Shown here: piece after piece, positions 1 through 11,055 of the stretch | How the letters are laid out: each line of letters starts with the position of its first letter | How positions within the stretch are numbered: position 1 is the first letter of the stretch | Assembly: GCA_963826525.1 (NCBI GenBank) | Contig: CAWGXH010000003.1 | Coordinates: 576,001 to 640,000, forward strand | Source: an uncultured Methanomicrobiaceae archaeon | Lineage (GTDB): Archaea > Halobacteriota > Methanomicrobia > Methanomicrobiales > Methanoculleaceae | DNA length: 64,000 nt | Reading direction: 5' to 3' | Notes under the pieces: generated by a model | Database searches by the model: none | Told to the model about the DNA's origin: nothing | Seen by the model: the letters and a program-made list of their open reading frames with translations, nothing else | Translations under genes and position numbers: made by a program

Positions 1-1815
1 GAACCGATCTGGCGAACCTGAGCGGCGATAACCCCGGCATCATCGGCATCGACATGCAGGGTACAGCTCTATGACGGTCTCTACTACATCTCCACCGTGC
101 CCGGCAACGCCGGTGTCTTCTACGCCGGCGGAGCCGAAGGCGTCATCTTCGCCCTGAACCAGAGCACGGGCGAAGTGGTCTGGAACTTCTCGACCCTGAA
201 TACTACCGATTACTGGGGCAACGCTTCGATCAATAGCGGAGGCGGGTGCTGGTTCCCGCCGGGCATCGACACCGCGACCGGCCTCGCCTTCTTCGGGATC
301 GCCAACCCCGCACCCTTCCCCGGCCAGCCGAAGGGACCCGGCATTTCCCAGGACTATCCCAACGGGATCAGCCGGCCCGGGCCGAACCTCTACACGAACA
401 GCATGATGGCCCTGGATTCCGCGAACGGCACGATGGCATGGTACAATCAGGTCTTGCCGCACGATATCTCCGACTACGATCTCCAGCAGGCGCCGATCCT
501 GACCACCGCCACGATCAACGGCTCGGACCAGGCGATCGTCCTGGGCGCCGGCAAGATGGGGCGGGTCTACGCCTTCAACAGGACGGACGGCACCCTCCTC
601 TGGGAAACAGCCGTCGGTGAGCACCAGAACGACACCTTAAAGGCCTTCCCGCTGAACGGGACCATTACCGTGATCCCCGGCGTCCTGGGCGGCGTGGAGT
701 CCCCAATGGCCTATGCCGACGGCGTGGTCTACGCGGCTGCCAACAACCTGGCGGTCGACATGACCAACGGGCTGACTTTCACGCTCCATCCCCTCGCTGA
801 AGCCACCGGCGACTTTGTGGCCATCGATGTGACTAATGGCAGCATCCTCTGGGATGCGAAGCTTGACTCCGGCCTCTTCGGCGGCGCCACCGTGGTGAAC
901 GACCTGGTCTTCACCGGCACCTTCGACGGCACGCTCTACGCCTTCAACCGGACGACCGGCGAGGAGGTCTGGACCTACACCGCCCCCGCAGCAGTGAACG
1001 CCTGGCCGGCGGTCACCGGCGATACCGTCGTCTGGCCGATCGCCGGGCCGGGAGGACCGACGTCGATCCTCGGGTTTGCGCTCGGAGCGACCGAGCCGAC
1101 TGTCACCATCATCAGTCCCGATGATAACGCATCGCTGCCGGCAGGAGCGATCACCGTGGATACAGTGGTGACCAACTTCAACGTGAGCGACCCGTCCGGC
1201 CAGGCGAACGCCACCGGTGCCGGGCATCTCGTCTACTACCTCGATATCACACCGCCCACCACCCCGGGCCAGTCGGCCATTCCATCCAACGGCACCACCT
1301 GGACGGCGACCAACGCCACCACGTATACGTTCGCCAACGTGACGTCCGGGACGCATACCCTCGCGGTCCAGCTGGTGACCGGTGACAATGCCACCCTGAG
1401 CACGCCGGCGGTGGAGACCGTCACCTTCAGCACGGACACCAACCCGCGGATCAACATCAGCCAGCCCACCAACGGGAAGATCGTCCGAACCGGCAACATC
1501 ACCGTCGACACCGAGGTGACCAACTTCAACCTGACCGACAAACTGGGTCAGCCGAACGTTCCCGGCGAGGGGCACATCCACTACTACATGGACTACCCGC
1601 CGCCGACAACACCGGGCGTCCCCGCTATTCCGCCTAACGGCACCGTCTGGGCCGCCACAGCGAACACCTCATATACCTTCACCGACGTCCCGGTGGGTAT
1701 CCACAACTTCTCTGTCGAACTGGTGAACAACGACCACACCCCGCTCGAACCTCCGGCGACCTCCAGCGTCCAGACGTTCGTGATCACCTACACGGGCGGC
1801 CTTGGAGGACAGTAG
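1..1815 (+). CDS. PQQ-binding-like beta-propeller protein (quinoprotein dehydrogenase-like) with two C-terminal His-motif Ig-like domains; 5' end outside window
   Basis: Trp-docking repeats (ALNQSTGEVVW, AFNRTDGTLLW, AFNRTTGEEVW) and motifs NLYTNSMMALD and PHDISDYD; coding frame continues upstream of 97 through apparent indels; many N-x-T/S sequons suggest a surface protein. Confidence 0.8.
1096..1785 (+). repeat. Tandem duplication of a ~115-aa Ig-like domain inside the PQQ-like gene
   Basis: ITVDTVVTNFNV..GHLVYYLDITPPTTPG..GTHTLAVQLV versus ITVDTEVTNFNL..GHIHYYMDYPPPTTPG..GIHNFSVELV. Confidence 0.85.
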
Positions 1816-1840
1816 CGGGAACCTCAAACCCACCACAACC

Positions 1841-1854
1841 TCTCTTTTTCTTTC
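1841..1854 (+). terminator. Probable archaeal oligo-T terminator
   Basis: tctctttttctttc about 25 bp after the stop codon at 1815. Confidence 0.45.
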
Positions 1855-2146
1855 GCTATTGCAGGCACCGGCGCGGGGGTACGTGTGCTTTCCCGGTTCC
1901 GGGAAGGCTGACCGCAGGTTATGAACGGCTCTTCCGCCCATCAGGTCGTGAAACTTCGGCTGCTCTTGAAGAACCGTTACACTCCGCTTACCTGGAGGGC
2001 AAGCATCGCACTAGGAAGTCCTCCGGGGGATATCGGGGGTGCCATAGCGGCGGGGGGGTCGGCGGCCCCTACTACCCCCTCTCCTTTGTTCGGGAACAGG
2101 CGCGGACACGAGTTGAGGAGGGAGGCGAAGAGGTCCCGCCCGCCCT

Positions 2147-3685
2147 CTAGAACTCGGGAATGAGGTAGTTCTTCGTGTCGGCCGCGTAATCCCTCGGGGC
2201 ATTTCCATCCCGCAGCGTCCCGGCGAACTTCTCGGTGTTCCCGATAAGCCTGCCCGACGCATAGGAGCCCACCAGTTTGATCAGCGGATTTCCGGAGACG
2301 ATTGTGTCCTGCATTGTACGGGCAAGGCGGACGTCGTGTTCCATGCAGGTGCCGATCAGGCGCCAGTGGAGCGGCGTCATCTTCTCCACCGTGAACGACT
2401 TCTCGCGGGAGAGGCTGGACTCGCCCATGGCCACGAAGTTCATCGGCACGATGAAGACCAGCATATCTTTCAGGTCGTCGACGAGGTCAAGCGTCTGGAG
2501 CACGTCGTCTTCGGTCTCTCCGGGCAGCCCCGTCACCAGCGTGCAGGCGAGGACCCACTTGTGGTCGGAGAGGTGACCGATGCTCTCCATCACCAGTTCG
2601 CGCCATTGATCGGGCTTTGCCGGGAGTGTCTTTCCGTGCATATACTGCTCCATGAGCCTGGAGCTCGCCGTCTCAATCCCCGTCTGGGCTCCGATGAACT
2701 GCTGCCCGGGAAGGGTCATGAGGAACTCGGAGAGCTGGTCGACGGGCTCGGGGTGGTGGTATGCCGTGGCCAGGGCGATATGGCTGCATGCCACTTCCGT
2801 CACCCCGTCGACGGCGCCGACCCGGGTGAAGAGCTTCATGACCTTCTCGGGATCGGCTCTGATGGTTTTCGAGCCGTACCGGAGTACATCCTCGGAATGC
2901 AGCAATACCGCCGTGTTTCCGGCCTGGACGTTCACCTGCACGTCGCCGACAATCTGGTCGATGGGCTTGTGGAGGACCTTCAGCATGCCGGGCGTGCAGA
3001 ACGCACATCCCCGCCCGCAGCCGCGTGATATCTCGACGAGCCCGTGGATGCTCGGCCTCCGGATAGGGGGGATGCGCTCGAGGGGAACGTCCTCGCCCTG
3101 AATGATGCGGGGAACCTCCTCGCCGTTGATGATCGCCCTGCATGCCCTGGGCATCGAGATCTCGCCCATCCCCAGGTGCACGTGGTCGATGCCCAGCCGC
3201 TCCATGACTCCCGGGTCGGAGACCTGCCACGCGCCCTTGCCGCCGACGATCGTGGTAACCTTCTTCAGGGCGGGATTCCGCATCAGTTCCAGGAACTTCA
3301 GCCGGTTATAGGGAGGGCCGGTCCGCGCGATGTCCACGAACGTGGAGGTTGGCGGATTGATCCCGAGGAGGTCGTGACCGCCTATCGCTACGATCTTCGT
3401 CTCCCTGCCGACCATCCGCCGCAGATCCCGCGGATGGACGACCGCTACCTCGTCTTCGGTAAACCCGTCGGCGAGGAGGGCTGCTTCCAGCGTCCGCAAA
3501 CCCAGGTCGGCAAACACCGCTCTCCCCTGCTTCCGCGGGACAGGAGGGGCAAATGCCAGAAAGAAGAGCCAGTCGGGAAGAATGCCGCGGGGGGCACAGG
3601 TGGCGAACCCGAGGAACATGCCGCCCCGGTAGTTGCTCATCATCGTCTCATCGGCGGTAAGGATGATCGTCGGCGATCGCGTCAT
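2147..3685 (-). CDS. Radical SAM protein with B12-binding-like N-terminal domain (possibly Grs/Gms lipid-modifying clan)
   Basis: CxxxCxxC in EISRGCGRGCAFC, GIETAS, GLPGETEDD; N-terminal IILTADETMMSNY..GFATCAP. Confidence 0.85.
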   Translation of the reverse strand: MTRSPTIILTADETMMSNYRGGMFLGFATCAPRGILPDWLFFLAFAPPVPRKQGRAVFADLGLRTLEAALLADGFTEDEVAVVHPRDLRRMVGRETKIVAIGGHDLLGINPPTSTFVDIARTGPPYNRLKFLELMRNPALKKVTTIVGGKGAWQVSDPGVMERLGIDHVHLGMGEISMPRACRAIINGEEVPRIIQGEDVPLERIPPIRRPSIHGLVEISRGCGRGCAFCTPGMLKVLHKPIDQIVGDVQVNVQAGNTAVLLHSEDVLRYGSKTIRADPEKVMKLFTRVGAVDGVTEVACSHIALATAYHHPEPVDQLSEFLMTLPGQQFIGAQTGIETASSRLMEQYMHGKTLPAKPDQWRELVMESIGHLSDHKWVLACTLVTGLPGETEDDVLQTLDLVDDLKDMLVFIVPMNFVAMGESSLSREKSFTVEKMTPLHWRLIGTCMEHDVRLARTMQDTIVSGNPLIKLVGSYASGRLIGNTEKFAGTLRDGNAPRDYAADTKNYLIPEF

Positions 3686-3840
3686 TCATTGCACCGGGCG
3701 GAATAATATGACGGGCACTTATTAACTTTTGCACCGGATAGATCCTCCGGTGCGCACTCGAAGATCCGGAGCCGGCTGGCCGAATCGCCGTCACCCGGAA
3801 GAGGGCGGTGCGATTGGAACGGCCCATGCAGCAGGAGATG

Positions 3841-4173
3841 CTACTCCTGCTCCAGGACTTCTTTGATCACCGCCGCATTGTTGTGCTCCTCATCCTTCGC
3901 CGCATACACGAGCGTCACCGGTCCCCTGCCCGCCCGTGTGCGGATCCTGCCGATCAGGTCGCTCTTCTCCCCGAGTTCCTCCCGGTACCGCTCCCGGAAC
4001 GCATCCCACCGCTCCGGGTCGTGGCCGAACCACTTCCGCAGGCCGTTGCTCGGGGCGATCTCCCTGCACCAGAAGTCGATCTTCGCCCGCTCTCGCGAGA
4101 CCCCGTGGGGCCAGAGCCGGTCGACGAGGATCCGGTAGCCGTCGTAGGCACGTTTGAGGTGGATCATTGCCAT
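3841..4173 (-). CDS. DUF488 (YeaO-like) protein
   Basis: [59 protein letters not shown]. Confidence 0.88.
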   Translation of the reverse strand: MAMIHLKRAYDGYRILVDRLWPHGVSRERAKIDFWCREIAPSNGLRKWFGHDPERWDAFRERYREELGEKSDLIGRIRTRAGRGPVTLVYAAKDEEHNNAAVIKEVLEQE

Positions 4174-4291
4174 CCCTGCCGGTGTCGGGTCTCTGCACGG
4201 TGATACAAGATTTGGCCGCGCGGGAGCGAGACTTCGAAAAGAATCGTCGTTAACACTGGCTATAACTATGCGGTATGCCATACAGCAGACC

Positions 4292-5584
4292 ATGAACCGA
4301 AAACTGATCGGCATGCTGGTCCTGGCATCGTTCGTCGCACTCGGCAGTATCGCTGCCGGGTGCACCGATACGCCGGGCACGACGTCTGCAGACGCTGCTC
4401 CTCCTGCCGGGCAGGAGAACGGGTCGGCGGCGGACGGCATCGCCGGTGTCGCTATGGGAAACAGTCTGTTTGCCTGTGACCTCTACCGGCACCTCGCGAA
4501 CGATTCGGCATCAGAGAACCTCTTCTTCTCGCCGTACAGCATCTCGTCGGCTCTCGCGATCACCTACGAGGGCGCCCGCGGCACGACCGCCGACGAGATA
4601 GGGTCGGTGCTGCACCTCCCGGAGAACGATACCCTCCGGCGTGAGGGGTTTGCCGGGATCAACGCAGGGCTAAACAGCGGCGATGCGAATTATACCCTGC
4701 GGACGGCGAACGCACTCTGGGCGGAGGAGACGTATCCGTTCCTGCCGGAATACATTGATACGGCAGAGCGCTACTACGCCGCGAACGCGACGAACCTCGA
4801 CTTCGTGGGCGCTCCCGAGGAGTCGCGCCGGACGATCAACCGGTGGGTCGAGGAGCAGACCGAGGATAAGATCCGTGACCTGCTGCCGACCGGCTCGATC
4901 ACTCCGCTGACCCGGCTCGTCATCACGAACGCGATCTACTTCAAGGGAACGTGGGTCACACAGTTCGACGCGAATGAAACGACGGAGGATGATTTCGACG
5001 TTTCACAGAACGAGACTGTCCGCGTCCCGATGATGCAGCGGACCGACGAGGACGCCGTCTACCCGTATACGGAGACCGATACGCTCCAGGTGCTCGCAAT
5101 GCCGTATGCGCACGAGAGCGGACGAGAACTCTCGATGCTGGTCATCCTCCCGAAGGACGGGAACCTGACGGTCGCCGAAGAGGCTCTCGACGCGGAGAGG
5201 ATCTCAGGAATGCGCCTATCGCTGGCCTCGCAGCGTGTCGACGTCTACTTCCCGAAGTTCACCCTCGAGACGGAGTACAGCCTCCCGGAGACCCTCGCGG
5301 CGATGGGAATGCCGACGGCGTTTACCGGTGCGGCCGATCTCTCGGGGATGGACGGCACGAAGAACCTGTTCGTCAGCGATGTCGTCCATAAGGCGTTCGT
5401 CGACGTGAACGAGGAGGGCACCGAGGCCGCGGCGGCGACCGGGGTCGTCATCAGCCTGACCTCCGTCCGGGAAGACGCTACCCCCGTCTTTAAGGCCGAC
5501 CATCCGTTCGTCTTCCTCATTCAGGAGAACGAGACTGGAAACATTCTCTTCATGGGGCGGGTTATACGGCCGGTAACGGCCTGA
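4292..5584 (+). CDS. Lipoprotein serpin (serine protease inhibitor)
   Basis: Lipobox-like IAAGC after a hydrophobic signal; [18 protein letters not shown], hinge [18 protein letters not shown]; alternative start at 4268. Confidence 0.95.
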   Translation: MNRKLIGMLVLASFVALGSIAAGCTDTPGTTSADAAPPAGQENGSAADGIAGVAMGNSLFACDLYRHLANDSASENLFFSPYSISSALAITYEGARGTTADEIGSVLHLPENDTLRREGFAGINAGLNSGDANYTLRTANALWAEETYPFLPEYIDTAERYYAANATNLDFVGAPEESRRTINRWVEEQTEDKIRDLLPTGSITPLTRLVITNAIYFKGTWVTQFDANETTEDDFDVSQNETVRVPMMQRTDEDAVYPYTETDTLQVLAMPYAHESGRELSMLVILPKDGNLTVAEEALDAERISGMRLSLASQRVDVYFPKFTLETEYSLPETLAAMGMPTAFTGAADLSGMDGTKNLFVSDVVHKAFVDVNEEGTEAAAATGVVISLTSVREDATPVFKADHPFVFLIQENETGNILFMGRVIRPVTA

Positions 5585-5978
5585 TCGCCCCCTTCTCCTC
5601 CGGGCAGGCAGCCTGTCGGCGTCGCGATTCCTGCCGTGGGTGAACTGTACCGTGAAGCATTCCGTACCCGGAACCGATCCGAATGCCTGCGACCAGCACA
5701 GTCAGGTATATATACTCTCTCCTCTATCACGCCGCGGCGTGGGAACCTCGATGCCGTGGCCCCTCTCGCCCGACACCGCCTACAGGCAGCTCGTCCCTTT
5801 TCAGTACGGTCGACGAGCGATCTGCGCATCCGGCGCAGCGGAGCTCTCCGGGAAGCGGGCATTCACACTATTCATCTGTCTGCCAGGGACTGCACATGCG
5901 ATCGTGGTCGCATGCAGAGGGCTCTCCTTCCGGCGGAGAGACGGAAAACCGGCCAACAGTTGAGTGAAGGTGAAACGT

Positions 5979-7168
5979 ATGAAAACCGTATCTTTCAGCG
6001 CGATGACCGCCGCCATCATCGTCATCGCCGTTATCTGCGCGACGGGACTCGCTTCGGCACAACCGTTCCCGACGCAGGAGGTCGGACCTCAGCAAAACCA
6101 GACCCCGCAGAACGACTCGGCAGGTGCCGGGATGCAGGTATCGAGCGGCCCGGGGGATAAGTTGTACCCGGCGATATCCGGGAACGGTATCGTCTGGATG
6201 GACAACGAGTCATTCTCGGTGCAGCTCTACAACAGTTCCTCGGGGAACGCCTCGACCATATCCGATGCTGCGTCGGTACCTCTTCCCATGCCCTACCAGC
6301 TTGCCGTCGACGGAAATAAGGTCGTGTGGCCGGGAATAAGCCAACAGACGGGAGATATACACCTCTTCCTCTACGATGCCGCTTCGGGCAGGCTGCAGCA
6401 GGTGACGAATGAATCCGGTATGTACGCGTACCCGGGCGTGTCGGGAGAGTACGTCATCTGGACGAATCTTACGAACGGGTCGAGCGACGTATACCTCTAC
6501 AATAGTGCAAGCGGGAGCATCGAGCCCGTGGTCACCGATCCGTATCTGCAGCTCTGGACCGACATCGGTGGAAACACGATGGCCTGGGCGGATAACGAGA
6601 CCGAGGGCGGGGATACCGATATCGCAATAGCATTCCTCGATCAGCCGGAGATAAGTCTCTGGGGCAGTTCGGGTGACGACCTCGTTCCCGACGTCTCGAG
6701 CGACGGTGAGCGTGTCGCCTGGATAAGCGTCTTCGATAACCGGACCGCCGTCTACCTCTATGACGTGGCGACGGACAACGCAACCCGAATAACCGGAGTA
6801 TCCGCACTCCCTGATGCCGTTGCGGTCGATGGGAACCTCGTGGTCTACTCGGATTGGCGGAACGGAAACTCCGACATCTATGCGTACGATTCAGTACCGG
6901 AACGGAGACGCCGGTCACCCGGGATGCGTACGACCAGGCCTACCCGGACGTCTCCAATGGCGAGATTGTCTGGATGGGCAACAACACCGGGCAGTGGGAG
7001 ATCTACCGCACCTCCGTCGGCGGCGGCCAGCAGGCACCGCAGGGGCAGAATCAGAGCGGGACGCCCGGTACGACCCCGTCGCCGACGGCGACATTCCCGG
7101 GCCCCACCCTTCCCAAACCGCTCCCGACCGGGACGATGCCGGGCAATGCCTCTCAGACGGGGGGATGA
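5979..7168 (+). CDS. Secreted beta-propeller repeat (TolB-like) cell-surface protein, frame break near 6895
   Basis: Signal peptide; repeats PAISGNGIVWMD, PGVSGEYVIWT, VDGNLVVYSDWRNGNSDIY, then PDVSNGEIVWM in the next frame; Pro/Thr tail. Confidence 0.8.
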
Positions 7169-7203
7169 ACCGGTAACCGGACGTATCCCGGGGGAGTCTG
7201 TCT

Positions 7204-8350
7204 ATGCGGGAGATGGGGTATCGAGCCTGTAAAGCGCTGTCCGTGAGTATCCTCGTCCTGCTGGTACTTGCCGCACCCGCGAGCGGCGTTGCCGGCACCG
7301 GGGAGCCGGAGCCCGTGGCGGTTGCCGCTAACGTAACCTACCTGGCGGCATGCCCGCTTGCGTTCTACAACACCCTCGTCAGCAGAGAGTGCCCCATGAT
7401 CACGTTCAATCTCTCGAACAACGGGAGTACTCCCCGGAACGTACGGGTCTTTTCGGAGTACCAGGGACTCAGTTACCAATCCGTCAACACCGGCACCGTC
7501 GATCCGGGTTCTTACGCGCTCGTCAACCAGACCCCGTCGCTGATCCGGAGCGCAGCGCACAATGTCTCGACCATTACGACGACGAGCCTCCACTACGGCG
7601 TCGAGGTCTCCGACACAAGTGGGTGGCGACTGCTCGAGGAGCAGACGGTGCCGGTCGACGTCTTCCCTGAAGATATCATGATCTGGGAGGCGATGGACTC
7701 CGAAGGCAACCGCATTCCCCTGTACGAGTTTATCGGCGTCTTTGTGACGCCAAACACCCCGGCCGTCCGCGAACTGCTCTCCACGGCAGGACGCTACGCC
7801 GACCCGGCGTACCGACCCCCGGTATGGCACCTACCTGCCGGAACACTCGCTCGAAGGCTACCAGTACCCGGGCGGCTCGGCCGAGGAGTACCGGAACTAC
7901 ACGGCGCTCCAGGTGAAGGCCGTCTATAATGCGCTGAAGTACGGCTACAACATCTCGTATGTCAGCACCGCAACCGCCGTCGGAGGGCCTGACGGGTACT
8001 ACCTCCAGCGGATAAATCCGCCCGACGAATCGATACACCTCGAGACGGCAAACTGCGCCGACGGGGCAGTCCTCATCGCCTCGGCGCTCGAGGCCATCGG
8101 CATCAGGCCCTATATCGTCACTTTTCCGGATCACGTCTTCGTGGCATGGAGCACCGACGACAGCGGGACGTATATCGATGCTCTCGAGACGACCCTGATC
8201 GGAACCGCTGAGTTTGAGGATGCGTACACGGTAGGAAATCAGGAGCTCCGGGAGAACTGGGAAGCGATCAACAACACCGCATTTGAGGACGGCTATCTCA
8301 TCGTCGATATAGGGGAGGTGCGGGAGCTCGGAGTCCTGCCGCTCCGGTAA
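7204..8350 (+). CDS. Secreted transglutaminase-like (Cys-His-Asp) protein, frame break near 7815
   Basis: Signal peptide in ORF 7204; C-terminal ORF 7913-8350 has ANCADGAVLIASALEAIG, DHVFVAW, DALETT. Confidence 0.65.
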
Positions 8351-8699
8351 GCCCGAAGATGCTGCCCGCACCGGTGCCGGTGATACGGATCTTGTATCGA
8401 GCAGATCCCGGACGTATCGGGAACGTCGTCGCAGAAGACCAATCCCGACCCGGATGATCTCCGAGGAGCATGGTCCCTCCCTGCAGCAATGCATGCCGAT
8501 GATCTTCTCCCGGAGATCCTCGCGACTGACCGATCGGGAGTCCCGGATGAGGTCTCTCCATACGCAGAATGCTCATCAAGCGGTATCCGGAGGTCGAATC
8601 TGCGTGAAGGGGCATCCCGGGCAGGGCGCGGCGTTCAGGATCACGCGGCAGCGGGGCGCCTGATAGTGAACCGGCATTCTCCCTCCGGGAGTTCCTGTT

Positions 8700-9003
8700 T
8701 TTTACTCATTTCCGGCAATATCGGCTCAGTACTTCAAAACTGTTTTATTACTGGCAGTATTGCCGGTACCGGGGAGATACTCAGGTATTTTGCGGGATGA
8801 ACCTGTCTTATCGGTGATTCATTTCTGGGGCTTATTTATGGAATTACGCCTTATAATTGTCGTATATTCCGATTTATGCTCATAAACGTCAGTAAATCAG
8901 AATGGAAAAGGATATGTACGAAAAAGAATTTAGAATAATAATATTCATATTCCCGGAATGTCCACGCATTCATAAGAACTTTTGAAATTTCAGATGAGGT
9001 GGC
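8700..9003 (+). promoter_or_regulatory. AT-rich promoter region with palindromes and an SD-like GAGGTG
   Basis: Sharp AT-rich island; inverted repeat CCGGCAATA 8712-8720 / TATTGCCGG 8758-8766; palindrome TTTATG-CT-CATAAA 8873-8886; GAGGTGG shortly before ATG 9009. Confidence 0.55.
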
Positions 9004-9008
9004 ATTTA

Positions 9009-9350
9009 ATGGGATCGTTAAAACAGGAAATTTACAACTTTATTGCATCTTCGGGCGACGTCTCCTTCGTAGAACTCCGTGACACCTTCGGGGAGCGGTT
9101 CGCCGGAGAATACACGATGTTCTCTTCTCCCACTTCCAAGATCGTCCTCTGGGACGAGATATCCGGGGAGTTCATCGGAGCGATCGGCGAACTCCTGGTC
9201 GAAGGGAAGATCGGGATCCAGTACGACTCCGAGATCTACTCGCTCTATGCGGAGCGTGGCGCATCGTTGCCCTACCCGCTCGCAAAAAATCCCACCCGCG
9301 ATGTGTATGCCGGTTTTCACTGGCTGCCGGTGATCATGAGCGCACGGTAG
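9009..9350 (+). CDS. 113-aa protein resembling SaPI Ppi / pathogenicity-island protein family
   Basis: LKQEIYNFI..VSFVEL..F..G..KIVLW..AIGELL.EGKI..Y..G..LPYPLAK..HWLPV; similarity recognised from memory only. Confidence 0.6.
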   Translation: MGSLKQEIYNFIASSGDVSFVELRDTFGERFAGEYTMFSSPTSKIVLWDEISGEFIGAIGELLVEGKIGIQYDSEIYSLYAERGASLPYPLAKNPTRDVYAGFHWLPVIMSAR

Positions 9351-9431
9351 ACCCGGCCGGCGGTACCAGTTCTCGCATTCTCGATACTGTCTTCTTCCGC
9401 ACCTCATCTCTTTTCAGGGAACGCCACCGCC

Positions 9432-11055
9432 TCACCGCCGTACCATATGAAAGATCGCCTCGGCATACGGCTGGCGGTCGCGTTCGGTGCGGTTGAGCAC
9501 GGGACGCCTGAACTCGTTGACGATCCTAAGCCCGCTCGCTTCGGCTATCGCCGGGTAGAGGTTGAATCTGTCGTTCGCGACGATGAAGAAGGTGCCGTCG
9601 TCCTTAACATACCGGCTGACATTCGCGAGAACCCGACCGACCCCGTCCACGTACTGCTGCCGCGCCGCACTCCCGGTGCCGGACGAGAGCGGCCCTATCT
9701 CCTCGGCGTCCCGGCGCCGAATCCCGAAGAGCTCGTAGGCGTAGGCGTGCTGCTCGTGGTAATCGATCTGGCCGACGTAGGGCGGCGAGGTGAAGACGCC
9801 GTCGATCTTTCCTTCCGCGATACGATCGGCAAAGGCAGGGTTCTCTGTACGGACCGCATCCGGGATATCGATCGTGCGTGAGTCGCCGTGCAGAACCGCG
9901 ACCTGCACGTCCTGTTTCAGCGCGGCAAACGCTTCGAGGCGGGCTATCGCGTCACGGGTGTTCTTTTTGAGGTGTTTGAGGATACTGCTTACCGGCGTGC
10001 AGAGCTTCTTGTGCTTATAGCAGTAGTAAGGCCCGCCCTGCCGCTCTTTCAGGGTTCCAAGGTCGTAATGGGTCGTCGCCCGGCACGACCGGGCGGTGCG
10101 GCTCAGGACGATCCGCATCAGCGTCCTGGCATCCTCGTCCGGGACTTCGTCTATCAGCCGGAGGTAGCAGGCCATCTCCTGCCGGATCCTCGTATTGAAC
10201 CACTCCGCGAGAAATCCCGTCATCCCGCCGTCGTCGATGAGGCGGGCGCCATCCCGCGTCCCGCTCTCCGCAAAGAACGAAGCGTTCTCGCGGAAGAACT
10301 CAAGCAGCCGCTCCTCTCCGTACGCCCGCTCCTCCTCCGGCTGTCCGTGAAATCTCCGTTTGAATGCAGGGCTCGGGAAGTGGGCTTTGTTGAATGCAGC
10401 AAGTCTCACCGTCGAGCTGCCGGTCATGCTCGTCGTCGAAGTTCCTGCGGGAGAAAGCCGTCGTCCCGGCAAGCGCCTTCTCGAGCGAGCGGTTGATCCG
10501 GGCGAGGTCGCCGTGCGTGAACTTCGAGCGGACGATCATGCAGTTGAATGCGGAGATATCGATCCCGACGGCATGCATCCCCATCTCCGCCGCCTGTATC
10601 AGGGTCGTCCCGCTCCCCATGAACGGGTCGAGGACGGTATCCCCCGTGCGGAAGAAGACGCCGGTCTTGAACGCATCCGTGTGGTCGTCGAGGAAGTACT
10701 CCACGAGCTGCGGGATGAACTTGCCCTTGTAGGGGTGCAGGCGGTGGACGTGTTTCGTGGTCTCGGACTCGCTGCAGCGGTCGAAGGATAGGTTCCAGTT
10801 CAGGTCGTGCCCGAGTCTCTCCCGCCACGCGTTCTCCCGCACCCGTTGCTGTTCGTAGTAGGCGGCAAGCTCGTCGAGGTCGATACGGGTGCCGCCTGTG
10901 GCGGCGTCCGTATGCTTCCGCACGTTGCCGTACTGGATCAGATAACCGATATTGGATCTGGTGATCGTCTTCTCCATATACGCGGAAGCCCACGCTGCAG
11001 CTTCCCCGAGGGTGACCAGGTGTTTTTGCATGACGTTGCGGGCGACCTCCGGCAC
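9432..11055 (-). CDS. Site-specific amino-DNA methyltransferase (probably m4C) with N-terminal HTH, frame break near 10408
   Basis: HRLHPYKGKFIPQL, motif I VLDPFMGSGTT, motif IV VFTSPPY; N-terminal LVTLGEAAAWAS..NIGYLIQYG HTH-like segment. Confidence 0.88.

Noticed and set aside
1860-2146. G/C-run-rich spacer between convergent genes as a structured RNA
   Set aside because: No recognisable SRP, RNase P or sRNA motif; cannot be supported without covariance analysis.
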